A stretch of 56,921 nt of DNA, counting the filler, from Porpidia crustulata (lineage: Eukaryota): NCBI GenBank assembly GCA_964255105.1. It is 3 parts of 3 records of this genome, joined end to end, with 100 filler letters (N's around TTAATTAATTAA, not from the genome) between each part and the next. Parts side by side here need not be neighbours in the genome. Positions count along the whole stretch, not along the records: positions 38,020 to 56,921 come from CAXUWE010000161.1; 2 more parts are not named here. One strand, given 5' to 3'. The translations under genes and the position numbers were made by a program. Shown here one piece after another: positions 42,128 through 56,215 of this stretch. Positions within the stretch are counted from its first letter, which is position 1. The number at the start of each line of letters is the position of its first letter. The notes beneath the pieces were generated by a model, which was given only the letters and a program-made list of their open reading frames with translations, was not told the DNA's origin and searched no databases.

Positions 42128-43541
42128 AGCTGGAGATTAGACGGTGGACGCAGTTGGAGATCATTGGGATGCCAACAGACTCAGCGGGCAACTTTTGCAC
42201 TTGTTGGTCGCTTTGTCCAGCAGTATGGAAATGCGCATCGCAATTCCCGACAAGTACAGTGATACATTGCGAAATGTGATCCAAGTACTGACAACAAGAG
42301 TCGATATGTGGTCACGTTTTTGATAATAACGTCATGTGAGTCTCAATGAAGTCGGAAATAGTTGAAGAATTGTGGCAAGGGCCACCCACAAGGCTGAGCT
42401 TACTCTGACCTCTACCAGCTTCCCCTCCACGCTCTGCCTCCACCAATTTCGAGTCCGCCTATCTACACACTGCTCAAATTCATCAAATCAAGAAGAAAAA
42501 TACCTTCTCACTGTACCCAGCTCGTCGGGCCATAGCGCCCTCCAAACTATCCATACTAATTCTATCTTTGCATTCTTTCTCCGTGCTGTTGTACCGTAGT
42601 TCATTCTCAATTCAATGTATTTCAAACCCCTTCATACATTCGCGCAAGACTATGGACCGTCTTGTCTAACATGCGGATACTAAGGAAGTTTCGAGCAGAC
42701 TAGTCAAGCTGACCAACGTGCTTGTTGCCGTCAACATTACAATGTGAGGTGTGATTCTTCGACTGATAAAAAGTCCTTAGCTTAGCCTCGCCGTATCTCG
42801 AAGTCCTTCTCCCGGCCTCGATGGTACAAGTGTGGGAATTTCAGAAATCCCATGGTTGTTGCGGAACATACCCAGGTTCCCAAGGAAATCAGTGTGTGAC
42901 GACCATCTACTCCGGGCCATCAGGAGATGGGAATGTCCTGAGTCGTCAAGTTACATTAATACTATTTCTGTCCTGCCACCTTGTATGCACGTGCAAAGCC
43001 TCATTTAGGGTAAATAAACCCAGAATAGGTAAGATTATTGTTGGAACACGTTCTACTAATTGGCCAATTATCATGATTCGCTTGTCGTCGCCTTAGTTGG
43101 AGGCTGCTTACTCTTCGTGGCGGTTCATGTCAAGTATCCTAGATATCTCACTCAGCAGACTAATAGGCTAGATGTTTTCACATTGCCAGGACTTACTTTC
43201 GTGATTGGACCCAGGACAAACAATAGCGACATGTTCTGGTCAACAGGCCTTTATGGTGCTTAGATGAGCCTCAATTGGTCTAAGGTAGCTCCATCAGCTT
43301 ATTCAATGTCATCTATCGCGAAGCTTTGCGCTGTACTATATAAGGTTCATGGATCACCTCATTGTGTCCCTTTTCACACATCTCTCAAACATTCAATTCT
43401 TTTCTAAGTCTTCCAGCGTGTGTAAGAATTATTTCTTTGCTGTTATCGCACTATCGCTTTCTCCTCAGAAGTAATCCAAAAGCTTCATTATATTTCGATT
43501 GCTCAGTACCTCCAGCTCTTTCCTATCTATTACATAGCACT

Positions 43542-44815
43542 ATGAAATCAAGCAGTATCATCCTCGCTGGAGCGCTTGCTACGGCGGTTTTTGCTTCCCC
43601 AAATTACGACCAAATGCCCACAGTCACCGTTACTCAGTCTTGTCTCTCGGGACAAACGAGTGCAGCAGCATCGCATGACCAAGCCAGTGCTTTTCCGTAC
43701 CAAGATGGCGCTTCTACCGTCACAATTACCGTGACAGAAACAATGGTTGTCCCACCCATGACAGTCACAGTGACATCCACTGCAAATTCCATTGTCACAG
43801 TCACTCATACAACTACTTTCGGAGGTCAATTACCCCCGTCTCCTGATGTCCCAACCACATACACAACTAGTGCCACAACGACGACTCCACCAAGCGCCGC
43901 GTATACCCACCACGTGGACGTTGGGACCTTCAATGGCACGGTCAAATTCGTTCCGGACAATGTCAAGGCGGCTATTGGCGACGTGGTCGAATACAACTTC
44001 CTCGCGAAGTCACACTCTCTCACCCAGTCCGAGTTTCTCACCCCATGTACCTTCAACGGCGGCTTCGATACCGGCTTGAACCAATCCAACCCAAAGAATG
44101 TGTCCGGTTTGTTCATTGTCCCATTTCCGGTAACCACTCTTAAGCCTCAGTGGTTTTACTGCAAACAACCAGGCCCATCCAACCATTGGTACGTATTTCC
44201 AGGTTTCATCCCTTTTCATCCATCCCCACTTGAAACACATAAATACAGAATAAGACAATGCTGACCCTGAGTAGTGGACTTGGTATGGTCTTCGGCTTGA
44301 ACCCAGGGAACAAGATGGATGCTTTCCGACAAAATGCCATCCGCCAGAACGGGAACAAAACTACTACGACTCCCCCTACTACCACAAGCACCGCCACCGC
44401 CTCAATTACCACAGTCACCGTAGGCCTTGACAAAGGCAAGACCTTAAAGTTCAGCCCCGCCTACCTTCCCAAAGTCGCCCCAGGCCAAACTATTCACTTC
44501 GATTTCCGCGCCGCCAATCACACTTTGACCGAGTCCTCGCTCGAGAACCCCTGCAAGAAGCTGTCCGGCACCACCATCGACACCAATTTCCAGAACGTTA
44601 ACAAGCTGGATATCCCCGAGCTGAAGCCATTTGACCTCCCCGTCACGGACAATAAGCCCAGGTTCTTCTACTGCAAACAGGCCAATGGGACACCAAATGG
44701 CCACTGCAGCAAGGGCATGGTGTTCTCTATCAACACCGACGAGGCGACGAACGACTTGTTCCTGAAAAATGCGGAAGCAACGCTGCCCAAAATTAAGGGA
44801 CGTACTAGGGCTTGA
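43542..44815 (+). CDS. Secreted Ser/Thr-rich protein with two cupredoxin-like domains
   Basis: Signal peptide MKSSSIILAGALATAVFA. Domain 1: SHSLTQS...WFYCKQPGPSNHCGLGMVF (intron ~44189-44273). Domain 2: NHTLTES...FFYCKQANGTPNGHCSKGMVF. Confidence 0.85.
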
Positions 44816-45760
44816 GATGGTCAGGGACGAAGGTTGGAGGCGCAATTGTATTTGGGTGCTTTTTATAGCAGCCGACTGTTCCACTCTTTTAGACGGGTTG
44901 TATAAACGGAGTATCACATTCTACCGGGTTTTAATGTAACTCCTACTACCCCATCGTACGATGTCAACTTAGCTTCGGTGACAAATTGACTGTTCAATAT
45001 CAGTAGACCAGTAATTAGGATACAATTCATCCAACTACCGATCTTTTGGTTGGGCTAGGGAAGATAAGTCTGAATTCAAGCGTCACGACCGTCTGGCAGA
45101 CTGAAAGCCAAATGATGAGTTAAGATAGAAGATTGCAATATTCATAGAGACCCTATCACGTATTGCATCTTATCACTCCATCTTGAGAAAGAAATTATTG
45201 GAGTCTCACTATCATCACAGTTCGAGAAACATGAAAGATGGAGGCAGACACGTTAGAACCCGGCGAAGCAATAAATCGATTTAAAGGCCTGGGAGATGAA
45301 ATCTACGACTAGAAGATATTCCTCCAGGAGGGTTATATTTCTCCTTACTACTCAGGCCAGTCTTCAATCTTCGGGGACAAAGAGTCGATTGCAGGCCGGC
45401 GTTCTCGCTTCTGTGTCCGAAGATGAGAAACTAGGCTGAATACAGTCTGCACCGAATAGGTTATCAATGGCTTGCTGAGAAATCGTTGTGAGATGTTTAT
45501 TCAGGGTGGCGACGGTAGTGGGATAATGGTACTTAGAAGTCTCGGCACTCGCCCCGCGCCTCTACTCTCTAGCCCTAATTTCTACCGTTCCCAATTCTCC
45601 ATTCCGTCATGACGCACTTTACTGTTGTTGATATGGCAGATCTGGAGATGCAAGCGTTTGTCGGTCGCGCCACCCCCGCCTATAAAGCATACTCAGGATC
45701 AACTATGGACGTCTCGTCCCTTGCCCAACTCAGCGTCACTACACCAACCAGCCGTCAATA

Positions 45761-46375
45761 ATGTCTCCAACCATCTCAGAAGCGCTTGGCAATGACCACA
45801 AAACCATCGACAGCTACGCCGAGAGGATCAAGAGCTCCGATACCCTAGAGGAGAAGACTCAATGGAGAAATCAATTCACTTGGGCGTTGGCCCGCCATGC
45901 CATCAGCGAGGAGCTGACTGTGTACCCGGCCATGGAGAAACACATGGGCCAAGAGGGTATTGAGCTGACTGACGTTGACCGCCAACAGCACCAAGCCGTA
46001 TGTAATGTGCCCCTCTATCTTACATATATATTTACTAACACATCACAGGTAAAGGAAGACCTCTACAGGCTCCAAAGCATGTCACCCTCGAACTCCGATT
46101 TCCTTCCCCTCCTTGAGCTCCTTCTGAAAGACCTCCACACCCACATCGAGCATGAGTCCAATGAGGACATGCCCCGGCTGGAAAAGATCCTGTCGCGAGA
46201 AGAGAGCCAAGCGTTAGCAAAAAGCTTTGAGCGCACAAAGATGTTCACGCCGACAAGAAGTCATCCAAGTGCGCCGAATAAGCCTTACTTCGAGAACTTT
46301 GCTGCGATGCTCGCCGCACCGATTGACAAATTCATGGACTTGATGAAGACCTTTCCAAGCGATAATAAGCTTTGA
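45761..46375 (+). CDS. Hemerythrin/HHE cation-binding domain protein
   Basis: DH, LARHAISEELTVYP, QH, HIEHESNEDMP, PTRSHPSAP. In-frame 51-nt intron at 45998-46048. TATAAA at about 45681. Confidence 0.88.
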   Translation: MSPTISEALGNDHKTIDSYAERIKSSDTLEEKTQWRNQFTWALARHAISEELTVYPAMEKHMGQEGIELTDVDRQQHQAVCNVPLYLTYIFTNTSQVKEDLYRLQSMSPSNSDFLPLLELLLKDLHTHIEHESNEDMPRLEKILSREESQALAKSFERTKMFTPTRSHPSAPNKPYFENFAAMLAAPIDKFMDLMKTFPSDNKL

Positions 46376-46411
46376 CGAGCGCTTGGAAGAATTGAGACGG
46401 ATATTAAGCAG

Positions 46412-47573
46412 TCAAATCATAATCATCATGATGTTCAGGCACATGACATAGAAATGCTTCGGACATTCGGCCGAAGTCCAAGATTTGATGCCTTTTGTCC
46501 TTCGTCCTCGGGTCTTACGGCGAAAACTGCCATTAAGCCATAATTTTTCTAGAGCTGCAAGTCCCGATCCTCCCCTGACCCTTATTGAAAAGATTGTCCA
46601 AAGTTTCTTCAGATTCACTTCATTTACATCTCGTAAAATGTTGCCTGATTTGACGGTCACTTTCATTATCTCTTTACAAGTCACCTTTGAAGTTGATTCG
46701 CGCTATGACTTCCAGCGTTAATTTTTGTCTACTGTGAGGCGATTTTTCTCCGCAGAATTCCATAGGCCACGTACAGCTTCGCTCGCCATTGTTTGCGAAT
46801 CTCGAATTGAGCCCTCCACACCGGTCTTATTCTCGTCCCAGCTTCCCTTTTCCCTATTAACAACCACCCAAGTGCCGTCTTCGATCTCTACTTCAAGTAC
46901 TCCGCGTTCACAAATCAATTGTCATGGCCTGATTTCGTTGGACGCAAGATACATGACTGCGAAAAATTTCACACCTCGTTCAAGTCTCATATTCTTCTTT
47001 TGTGATTTCAAGTGTAAATACTCCACAACTACACTAAGTGCTATCCTAGGCACAGCATAATTTTGCGAGGCTATGAGGGGTACAAGACAATTTAAAGGCA
47101 GACCATAATTATGGCAATACTCACTTCAACGCGCAAAACACCAAGGCAATCTTCAAAACGATGATGTTCATAGCTTCAGCTAATCATAAGTCAAGCGAGT
47201 AGATCAGGAAGCGAAGAGAGAAATTTACTAAAGCGCCATCAACAAAAAAAAAAGTGAAAAAGCCATCGATACTTACGACGGCAACCGAGTAAGTAGTCTC
47301 TATAGGAAATTCGACCGATGAACAAAGCGCTGCAATAGCATGAGATAATGAATTCACATCGGCGACCAAGAAAGAAAGAAAGACTTCACGCATCCCCTCT
47401 TGAAACGACGGCGAGGTCATTCTTGCTTCGGCGTATCGAGGTCTCACTGAATAATAAACTATAGAGTCCTCGTCACGGTTCTTTTCATCTTTGACGTGAG
47501 GGATGAGAATACTCAAATTTTCGGATTTATCTATCCAACTGTGGTGTGAAGGAAAAAACAGATTCGATTTCAT
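46412..47573 (-). pseudogene. Possible decayed gene of unknown function
   Basis: ORF pieces 47573-47184, 46918-46718 and 46684-46412 can be chained across single in-frame stops and a GTGAGT..TAG intron. No family recognised. Confidence 0.35.
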
Positions 47574-50500
47574 CTTTGTCGTTGTTTGTTAACTACGATA
47601 ATCTGCCAGTTTGAGCTTTCGATGACTTCAGACGACTTTGATCAACCCGTCTCTATGACCTTAGGTTTTGGACTCGATTCCCGAGCGAATCGCATTTTCG
47701 CCAGTTGACGGTCATTCAAGGTTCAACTCACCTTTATATACCGGCAAAACCATGACTTCTTTTCATAATTCGACAAAGACCCTCATCTCTCTCAGTCTAA
47801 CTCATTGATCCTCGACTCCCTCATTGAACATTACCCTTGTCAAACATTTTAAAACACCTGTGAAGTCATAATTCATAGGTCTCTCCCGATCCATCATACT
47901 TTTCATGGTATCTTTTCGCACTGTTTCCCGAGGTTTTCTTCCGTCAACCTCCATCGTATCCTCTCCTTTCTATCCGACCCAAACCCCCCGTTACAAAATC
48001 CCGGAACCACCATCCTCCCATATACAGCCTCTCCTACCTCATCTTCTACGAAGAAACGAGGCCCTTTCTGATTAAATCAAGACATCATTGATGATGCACC
48101 TCCACCAAAACCTCAAACCCTTTTGGTCAAGTATGGAAGAAAATTAAGAAAATTAAGTAAATCTTCGAAGCGCATTCCTCATCTCTAATTCCTTCACCAT
48201 CGCCCAGCCACTGGAATTTAGAATCCTCAATCAGGAGATCCGTCCATGTAATGGATATCACGGCTCGAAGGAATTTCCTCAAGACGCCGAGATTTCCAAA
48301 AAAAAAAAAAAATTGCGCGATGACGGGAGTTGTAATGCGGAAGTAAACGACGAGATATCATCTTCAACCCTTGGGGCTATGGTTTTGTTGCTTCATTTTT
48401 TAAATTTCCTCTTACGGGTTTGATCCACACCTCCATCCTACCCCCTTCAAGTCCTTCTCTCCATCAAATACTACCTTGCCTCTTCCCCGTTAAACCCCAG
48501 AGCCATCCGCTCCAACCCCTCCCTCTTCTTCCCTTCCCACCATCAGAGCCATCCGCTTGAAATTCCCCACTCTCCCTCCCCATTCCTGACCACTACCGCA
48601 CCGCCCCCCCGAGCTCGCTGATCGCTACCTCGTTCTCATGCTTCTTGTCCCTGAGATGTCAAGGTATCGGATTCCAATGGGGAAGAAAGCTTATGTGCTA
48701 CTTTGCTGGCGATGGCATAGGGCTGCTAGACGGTTTCAGGGTCTGGGGTATGGAATTTGTTTAGGAGGAAGAGTAGTGGGGGGTAATTCAATTTTGCAGA
48801 TCGTAGTAGCAAGGAGGATGGGAGAGGGGGGATTTTTTGTGTATGGCGTGTATCTATTTTCATGTTCGGGGGTCTGGTGGACTTGGGGTCTGGGAGTCGA
48901 GGCTGCTGGATTTGTGTTTCAAAAAATGATAATGACGAAGAGGTGAGCAGCACGGCTGTAGTATTAAACAATCGTTAATATTAAGCTTGGGAGACGAAAG
49001 ATTTTGCTTCCATCTCGATAATACAAGAATGGACACAAGATCAAAGGGCGAAAAGATCGATATTAGAACAGATTTGACAAGTCTCTTATATCTACAGCAT
49101 CTACCGGACAACGTCTCCACCAAGAAACATAACTCGTGTTGCAATTTCGAGCAAGGAGAAGAACCCAAAACACGAAATTCATACGCCCCTTAAACCAATA
49201 CTGAGAAAAGAGACTCGACGTCCGCATTGAGTGTTTTCATTATTCCTCCCTTGATCTCCTGACAAATACAACGACGAGTCACATGCGCCTGATATAAATT
49301 CAAAGAGCCCCATTGAATTTCCATTGGTAGTGTCTCCGTAAAGCCACTCTGCGGCCAGCTGCACACACACACGAACCTGGAAAGACCCTTGATGGCACCA
49401 CCTTTAATCCGTCTGTAATAAATACGGATATCAGCACCGTGACTTCGGTTTTGTTGATCCGAGACATCGCCAACCGCAGTACTAAGTCTAAAGCCAGATG
49501 GAACGCTTACTCTACTGCATCAAGCACCGCAACCACGAACACCGTTTCTGCACTTTTAGAGGGGGTAGAGGTGGAGACGAAGGTAGAGCAGGCGATGGTG
49601 GAGAAGTCTGAGGGATGTATTGGGAAGAATCTGGACAGATCAATTGGTGGCAATCGTGCCACCGTTTGTGATTTGGGGAGACGGTGTCGAACCAGCACAT
49701 TTCGGCAGCTGATGAGCGGAAGAATAGCTGGGGTACACCTTGTCAGCCAAAGGTCGGATTGATCAGAGCCTAAGATGACTTACTTTGAAGAGAGAACTTC
49801 TCGGCGAATGTGTTCAGATGGCAAGGAGCGATTGGAGGCAATCTGGAGACTGAGGGCGGGACAGGAAAAAGGGGGGGAAGAAGGAAGAAGAGGACGTGCC
49901 CGGAAACGTCCATAAAGCATTGAAAGTATTGTGCCATATGAAAGCAATTCACGGCGTGAACACTTGCTGTTGTAAACGATTGGCGATGGTGTTGTTCGGC
50001 TGCTGTGGTGAACAGACCGTCGGTGTTAAGCGATGGCTTGCTGCTCAAAACAACAGAGCATAAGGAACGTTACATCGGAGCCAGGTTGACAAACATGCAT
50101 ATCCGCCGACCACCTCGAAGAGTTTTCAATTTGAGCCCGGTCACATATGTTCATTTCCAATCCGAATCGTTCTTCTCTACAAATTAGCTGTACATCTTGA
50201 GAGAACCGCACTTTTCCTGAAAGATCAATGAAGTGCATCTGAAAACTGCCGGTTGACTCGCTTTTGTTGTTCATTACACAAACATTCTATCTTTTCTGTT
50301 ACCTTGAAGATTGGACAAGATTATAGCTACCCAGCGCCATCGATGCGCTCCGCTGAGGCTTCTCAATTGTAGCGCGGAGAGAGACATAATCCAGACGTCA
50401 TTCTCTGAACTTATTTTGATCTTGTACCTGTTGGAGAGGGATCTTGGCATAATCAACGTGCATTTCTGACTCACTTGCATGGCATGTAAAGATAATCGAA

Positions 50501-53500
50501 TACGCTATAGCAGCATCATTTGGGGATCCAGTCCAGCACGATATGTTGAATCATAATATGGGTAGATCAATGATTGTTTCTAATCCTTGCAACGCACCCT
50601 GTAGATACAGGTTATTCTTGGGTGTTCCGTAAGACAATTGAGCCTGTAGTCATGTTTCTGTTCTCAGCTCATGGGCGTTTTTAAGAGCCATCGCGCGAAT
50701 ACTGCCTGGCGCCAACTTCAATACCTGAGGGATATCAATCCTAGATTTTGGTGGTGTATCGGGTGCAGCTCTGACCCAAGCTGAAGGCCTGCAGGCATGG
50801 CCGGCATAGAGTTTAATCAGCTTACTGAGTTCTGTGATGATTAGGAAAACCGATTGAATCCATTCAGGCGACGTCGTCTCATCAGATCTAGAAACACGAA
50901 TGGTACAATAAGCCTATTTCACTATTAGTTCGAACCAAGGAGACCCCGGAATGTTGTACTTACTGAACCTACCAGTCGTGTATTCATTGCGAGAATTTAC
51001 TGTTTGAAGGATCCACATTTGCCAGCTGCCTCTGATTGATGGTTGGATAAAGCGAACTTGACGTTTTGTGAAGGAAAGTTCTTTCGCCGACTGAGCAGCC
51101 TGAGTGATGGGCTGCAAAGTTTTGTGATTGCAGTGACATCGTAGACTAAGTAGAGTAGTTTGGGTCCTTTGATTGCATCCGAGAGCTGCTACAAAATTTC
51201 ATCGAGAGAAGCTCAGGTAGTGTAAGGTCTCCAAGCTGCGAGATTCAGCTTCACCATCGCGACGGATACGAGGCGAGCCACTTTGACAGAGAATGGTTAA
51301 AAGCAACACAGGCATACGCGTTCCCTCTCGAACCCTCTCAAATACAGCCCCGATAGCTAGCTCTATCTTCAACGGAGCCGCCCCAAGGGTCAAATAGCCG
51401 AATGTGCAATAGGCTTCTTCACGATGAGCACTGCTGACGGCAGTCAAAGTCATACAAGACCCAACTATGGCCGACAAGAATCCATGACGGACAGGCTTGT
51501 GTAGGGGATAGAGATATTTGACACAATTACCAGAGATCGACAGAAAGGGCCTCGACAACCTGTGAATTGGTTTCTAGAAGAGTGCTTGAGGAAAGGGCAG
51601 ATCATCAAAGAACGCTCCTTCGCGATCGATCTAGCCTTCAAGTTCTAGATTATTAAGGGGAAAAGTTGTCATCTGCTCGAAAACAAGTAACACTACGAAG
51701 TCCTTGGCGAACCTATCATCTGATCTGTCTAGATGTCAGGGGGATCTAAGAGACTGGGACTCTCTGGACATTTCCCATCAGCCTTGCACTTCCAACGACA
51801 GAGGACAAGAGCATCATCTTGGCTTAGGCTATGCGAATTCGCTAACGAGGCCTCGTCACAGGAGGGATGCCCACCTGCAGGTTGATTTGATTGCAGAGTA
51901 GCATGATTGGGGATCCTTCAAGGTAACGTCAAGCACACCTCAATGTCCCGCTTGATTGGCGGCACTATGCTCCCCAACATAATCCATGGCTTGATGTCAA
52001 AAGCTCGCAAAACGCCTCTTCCGGACAATATGTGAGGATTGGGGAATGCGTTGATTGATTTAGCTTTTGTATAGGTGCTAAACCTCGCTGTTGATCTTCA
52101 TGGTTTTTCAGATGCCCCATGAACATAGCCGTTGGACACGCGTACGCCTCGCTTTAGCTTTTTTCTATCAGTGCGCCTTGAAGGTCCACGGTCACTCATT
52201 CCGCTCTCTAAGCCCACCAGCATCCCGGGAGCATGTAGAAGTTGACTTGGCGCTTTGAAATTCGCGTCCGCTTGCCAAGCAATTTGCTACGGTGCAGCGG
52301 TTAATAGGTAGAATATCGAGAAGAACGTTCACAGACACTCGCTCGATAGATAGATTTGCTTATGCCCGATTGGGTCGATGTTGCGAGGGCTGACGCGGCC
52401 GGCGGGATGACTAAGAGAGGTCAGGGCATTTCACCAGAATGAATGTCCATGAGCCCCTTCAGACATCTCGATTCCCAAGTGCGTAGATTAGATAGTGACT
52501 CCATCGCAACGTGCAGATCGCTCTCTTCCCCCAATGTCTGCCCACTCGCTGAGATACGTGAGTACTTGCTTCTCAGTCGGAAAACATGCTACTACTGCTG
52601 TGGTCAAAGTGCGACATTAAGGAACGCATCAATTGATAGTGTGACAGCTCACCTTCTCGTCTCGTTTCGACCCTGCTATTGCGCACATCCACTAGTTTCG
52701 GATGCCTCCTCGGCCGTTATATATAGGGCAGAAGTGCCACGTTGTTACATATCTGTCGACGACACCCTCATATCTAAGCCTCTGCACTTTCATACCCACT
52801 AGGTGACTAGGTACTCTAGTACTGATCGTTGACAGCCATCAGTCGAAAAGTAAGAACAAACATGGAATCAATCACAGTGGTGAAATTGAATGATGCGGAC
52901 GTTGCAGTATTTGCGTCCTTATTGATGGATTAGGCTCCTGCGTATGCACAGAGTACGGACGTATCGTTCTTGTACTCCATGAATTGCTAATCTTCGCCCA
53001 GCCTCCACCCTCCAATTTGCTGCTGACGCTCTGTCGGTGCTTAAAGGCTTTTCTTAGGGCCGTATCACCTTTAGTTAGGCTCCAGCCCTGCCGCGGTGAC
53101 ACCGCCCTTCCACTTCATGTTCATCCGTGTCTTGGCAGGATGAGGCAGGATGAGGTCTGTCAAACCATGGCGAGACCCTGTCAATGATCTTACATTCCAA
53201 TCAATCAACAGCGGCACTCCAATCATCATGTCTCAATCTGCTCGGCTTATTTCACTTATTGCGAGTACGGCTCGTCTGCAGCTACTGTAAGGTATCTGAC
53301 TGTGGAGGCTGTGTATCTCATCCGTCTCCCTACCGTATCTTCCATCGGAATATATGCATCAAATCCTCCGCTATAACATTCGTTAAATAAGGTAAATATA
53401 TAGACCATGTAAATACCTGACGCGTCAGCTTCTTCGAGTCGTCCTCATCAATCTCACCTACAAGGCTGTCCGCTCTGTCAAGTTCTTCTTCTCTTCACTC

Positions 53501-53581
53501 TTCCACCTCAACTTCCTCTTTACAATCTTTCACTCGCTCGTGCCTGCAACTCACTTGTAATCCATCCCGTATTACTTCAAG

Positions 53582-54683
53582 ATGTCTGGCGAACGAATAA
53601 CGTGTCTGCATGTTGGCGATCATCCTGAATTTCCAGGAGTGTGCTCTGTCCAAAACACAATCTATGGCTACTACCCAATACTGGGCGCCAACATCTTTTT
53701 CTGCGCCTTCTTCGGACTGTGCATGATCATCCAGCTGGTACAAGGAATTACCTTTCGATCATGGTCTTTCATGGCAGCTTTGGGTATAGGATGTCTAGGC
53801 GAGGCAGTCGGTATGTTCGAGACATTGTCACAGACTCAACATCTACTGACACCGCACAGGATACGTTGGCCGAGTTTTGCTCCACAGTAATCCCTGGGAC
53901 CAGACTGGCTTCAATATCCAAATCTGCTGCCTCATCATCGCCCCGGCCTTCTTCTCCGCCGGCATCTACCTCACCCTCAAACACATGATCCTGACGTTTG
54001 GGAGTGACTTCTCCCGCATCCGTGCGAAGTGGTATACCTGGATCTTCATCGGGTGCGATTTCCTCTCTCTGGTTCTTCAGGGCGCTGGAGGAGGCATCGC
54101 CGCGACCGCGAAGACCGATAACACGGAGAAATTGGGCAACAATTTGATGATGTCTGGTATTGTATGGCAGGTGTTCACCCTACTCGTGTTTGGCGTGTTG
54201 GTGGGAGACTATTATCTGCGACTACGATCGCGCCGAGGAGAGATGGGACCCACAGCCACGATCATTATCAAGGATCTCAAATTCCGTTTATTCGCCGGAG
54301 CTTTGGTATTGGCCTTTCTCGCCATCTTCACTAGATGTTGCTACCGTATCGCCGAGATGGCCAAGGGGTGGAAGAACCCCATCATGCAAAACGAGACCGA
54401 CTTTATTGCTCTCGACGGAGTGTCAGTACCCCTCCATAAGAATATCTCCCGTACATGAAACCTAACACGCAATAGAATGAACATGCTTGCCGTCCTCGTC
54501 CTCACCATCTTCCACCCTGGCTACTGCTTCCCGCAAATGCAAATGCGCAACAAACATCTCGTCACCGACGGCAACTTTGTCCAAGCCAAGATCGAATCCG
54601 ACTACGAATCCAATACCGTCTCTCCGAATCCCGAAGCAGCGCCGACCAAGAGACGAGGTCTTGGCGGGCTTTTCCGCAAGTAA
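53582..54683 (+). CDS. RTA1/Rsb1-like 7-TM lipid-translocating/resistance protein
   Basis: YGYYPILGAN, GEAVGY, IQICCLIIAPAFFSAGIYLTL, FIGCDFLSLVLQGAGGGIA, RCCYRIAEM, FHPG. Introns at 53811-53859 and 54422-54475. Confidence 0.92.
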
Positions 54684-55263
54684 GATTCACTGCTCGACAT
54701 TTTCCTCTCGTCACATAGAGCAGCAGCTGGGCGCGGCGCGGTACAAAGGATATCCGGGTTACGTTAACACTAACGGCCGGTGGGTAATCATACGGTCTGG
54801 TCTGTAGAATAGAACCAGATCCAACGAAGACAGGCGGGATTTTTCTAAAATTAGACGAAACGCGTTCCCGAAATGAGAAAGGATCTACATTTCCAATTTC
54901 CCCTCTCCATTCTGTTTGTGCCTGAAACGCGTAACGCTCGCATTCACCCCTAATTTATACCCCGAGCTTTGACAACGCAAAGCGACGAACGAATATACTC
55001 CTACACACAAACACACACCCCTCAATCGAACATCGCACCTAGGCGTAGACGACTTTTTGGACTGTAACATTAGGTGCTTCATGTACGAATCGTTGCTGTT
55101 TCCACATCAATATACCCAATCGAGTCAACTACGTTCTTTTCAACTCCTTCTCATACACAATTTCACTTATTCTTCTCCTCTTATTCATTCACTTCAACAT
55201 TCTCAAACTCTTCGTTTCTCCGATCTTTTATTCTTCCTCTTCAACATCGTTCACATGCTTTCG

Positions 55264-56215
55264 TTATTCATATATCTTTTCCGCAATCACGTCCACCAAA
55301 CACCAAATCTCCTTACCCCCACTCCACCGGTTTCTTAACGGCCTCTTCCTTCTTAATATCCTCGGCGTCGACAAACTCGCTGCCGTACCATTGTACGATG
55401 AGTTGCTCGAGCCGAATCAGCGGAAACGGCACGGGGACCTAGGTGTATGACTTCGATGCGGACGTTCGGCGTATGCTTCTTGCCTTCAGGCGGTCGCAAA
55501 ATAGTGGATCGATGGAGTCAGTGAGGGCCGTGCTGGTCGTGACGATGCCTACGGCCGGCTGCGTGTCTTGGGATCCGCCGATTTTGGATAGGATGATGGT
55601 GTTGATGTCATCGACGTCATCTAGTCCTGCTTTCACTGGTAGTGAGCTCGTGTGGACAGCGCGACCTGTTGCGTCTGAGGAGCAGTAGCTGAATGGTATA
55701 CCCGCCCAGGTGAGAGTGCAGACGCCTTGATCGAGGAGCGCCAGCGCCGGCTTTTCTGTCGACGAATCTGGACGAAGCTTCTAGCTCCAGAGATACAGTT
55801 AAGGAGAATTGGGCGTAATTTTGTTGTACTGGTAGATTCGTTAGATTAGCTCCTCTTGCGGGCATCGGGTTGCTGGTAGATATCACGTTCGCATAGCCTC
55901 CATCAACACTATGTTATATTCTTTTGCGATTTTGCGCAGTTTCTCGCACTGCGCACAATCATGGTCGCAGGCTTCTCCGCTAAAAGAGTGCACCTACATT
56001 GAAGCGCTGAGAGCACATTCTGGTAGTGGAGGGGGTAAGGGGTGGATATATAGACAATATCGAAACCACCATGATTCATTATCTGCTCCTATGAGTTGAA
56101 GATCTTCATAGACTTTGCATTGGGGGCTGTTCGATGTGCTGGCTATGTTATCACTCTTCATTGGATCCGGCGGTGGAGACAGTCGCGATCTCGTGCTTGA
56201 TAGAATCAGATTCAT
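55264..56215 (-). pseudogene. Possible decayed gene of unknown function with several in-frame stops
   Basis: A protein-like frame continues through TAG at 55994 (…SASM*VHSFSGEACDHDCAQCEKLRK), a putative intron, TAA/TAG near 55800, and TAG at 55439 (…KSYT*VPVPFPLIRLEQLIVQWYGSEF…EKIYE stop). Confidence 0.4.
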
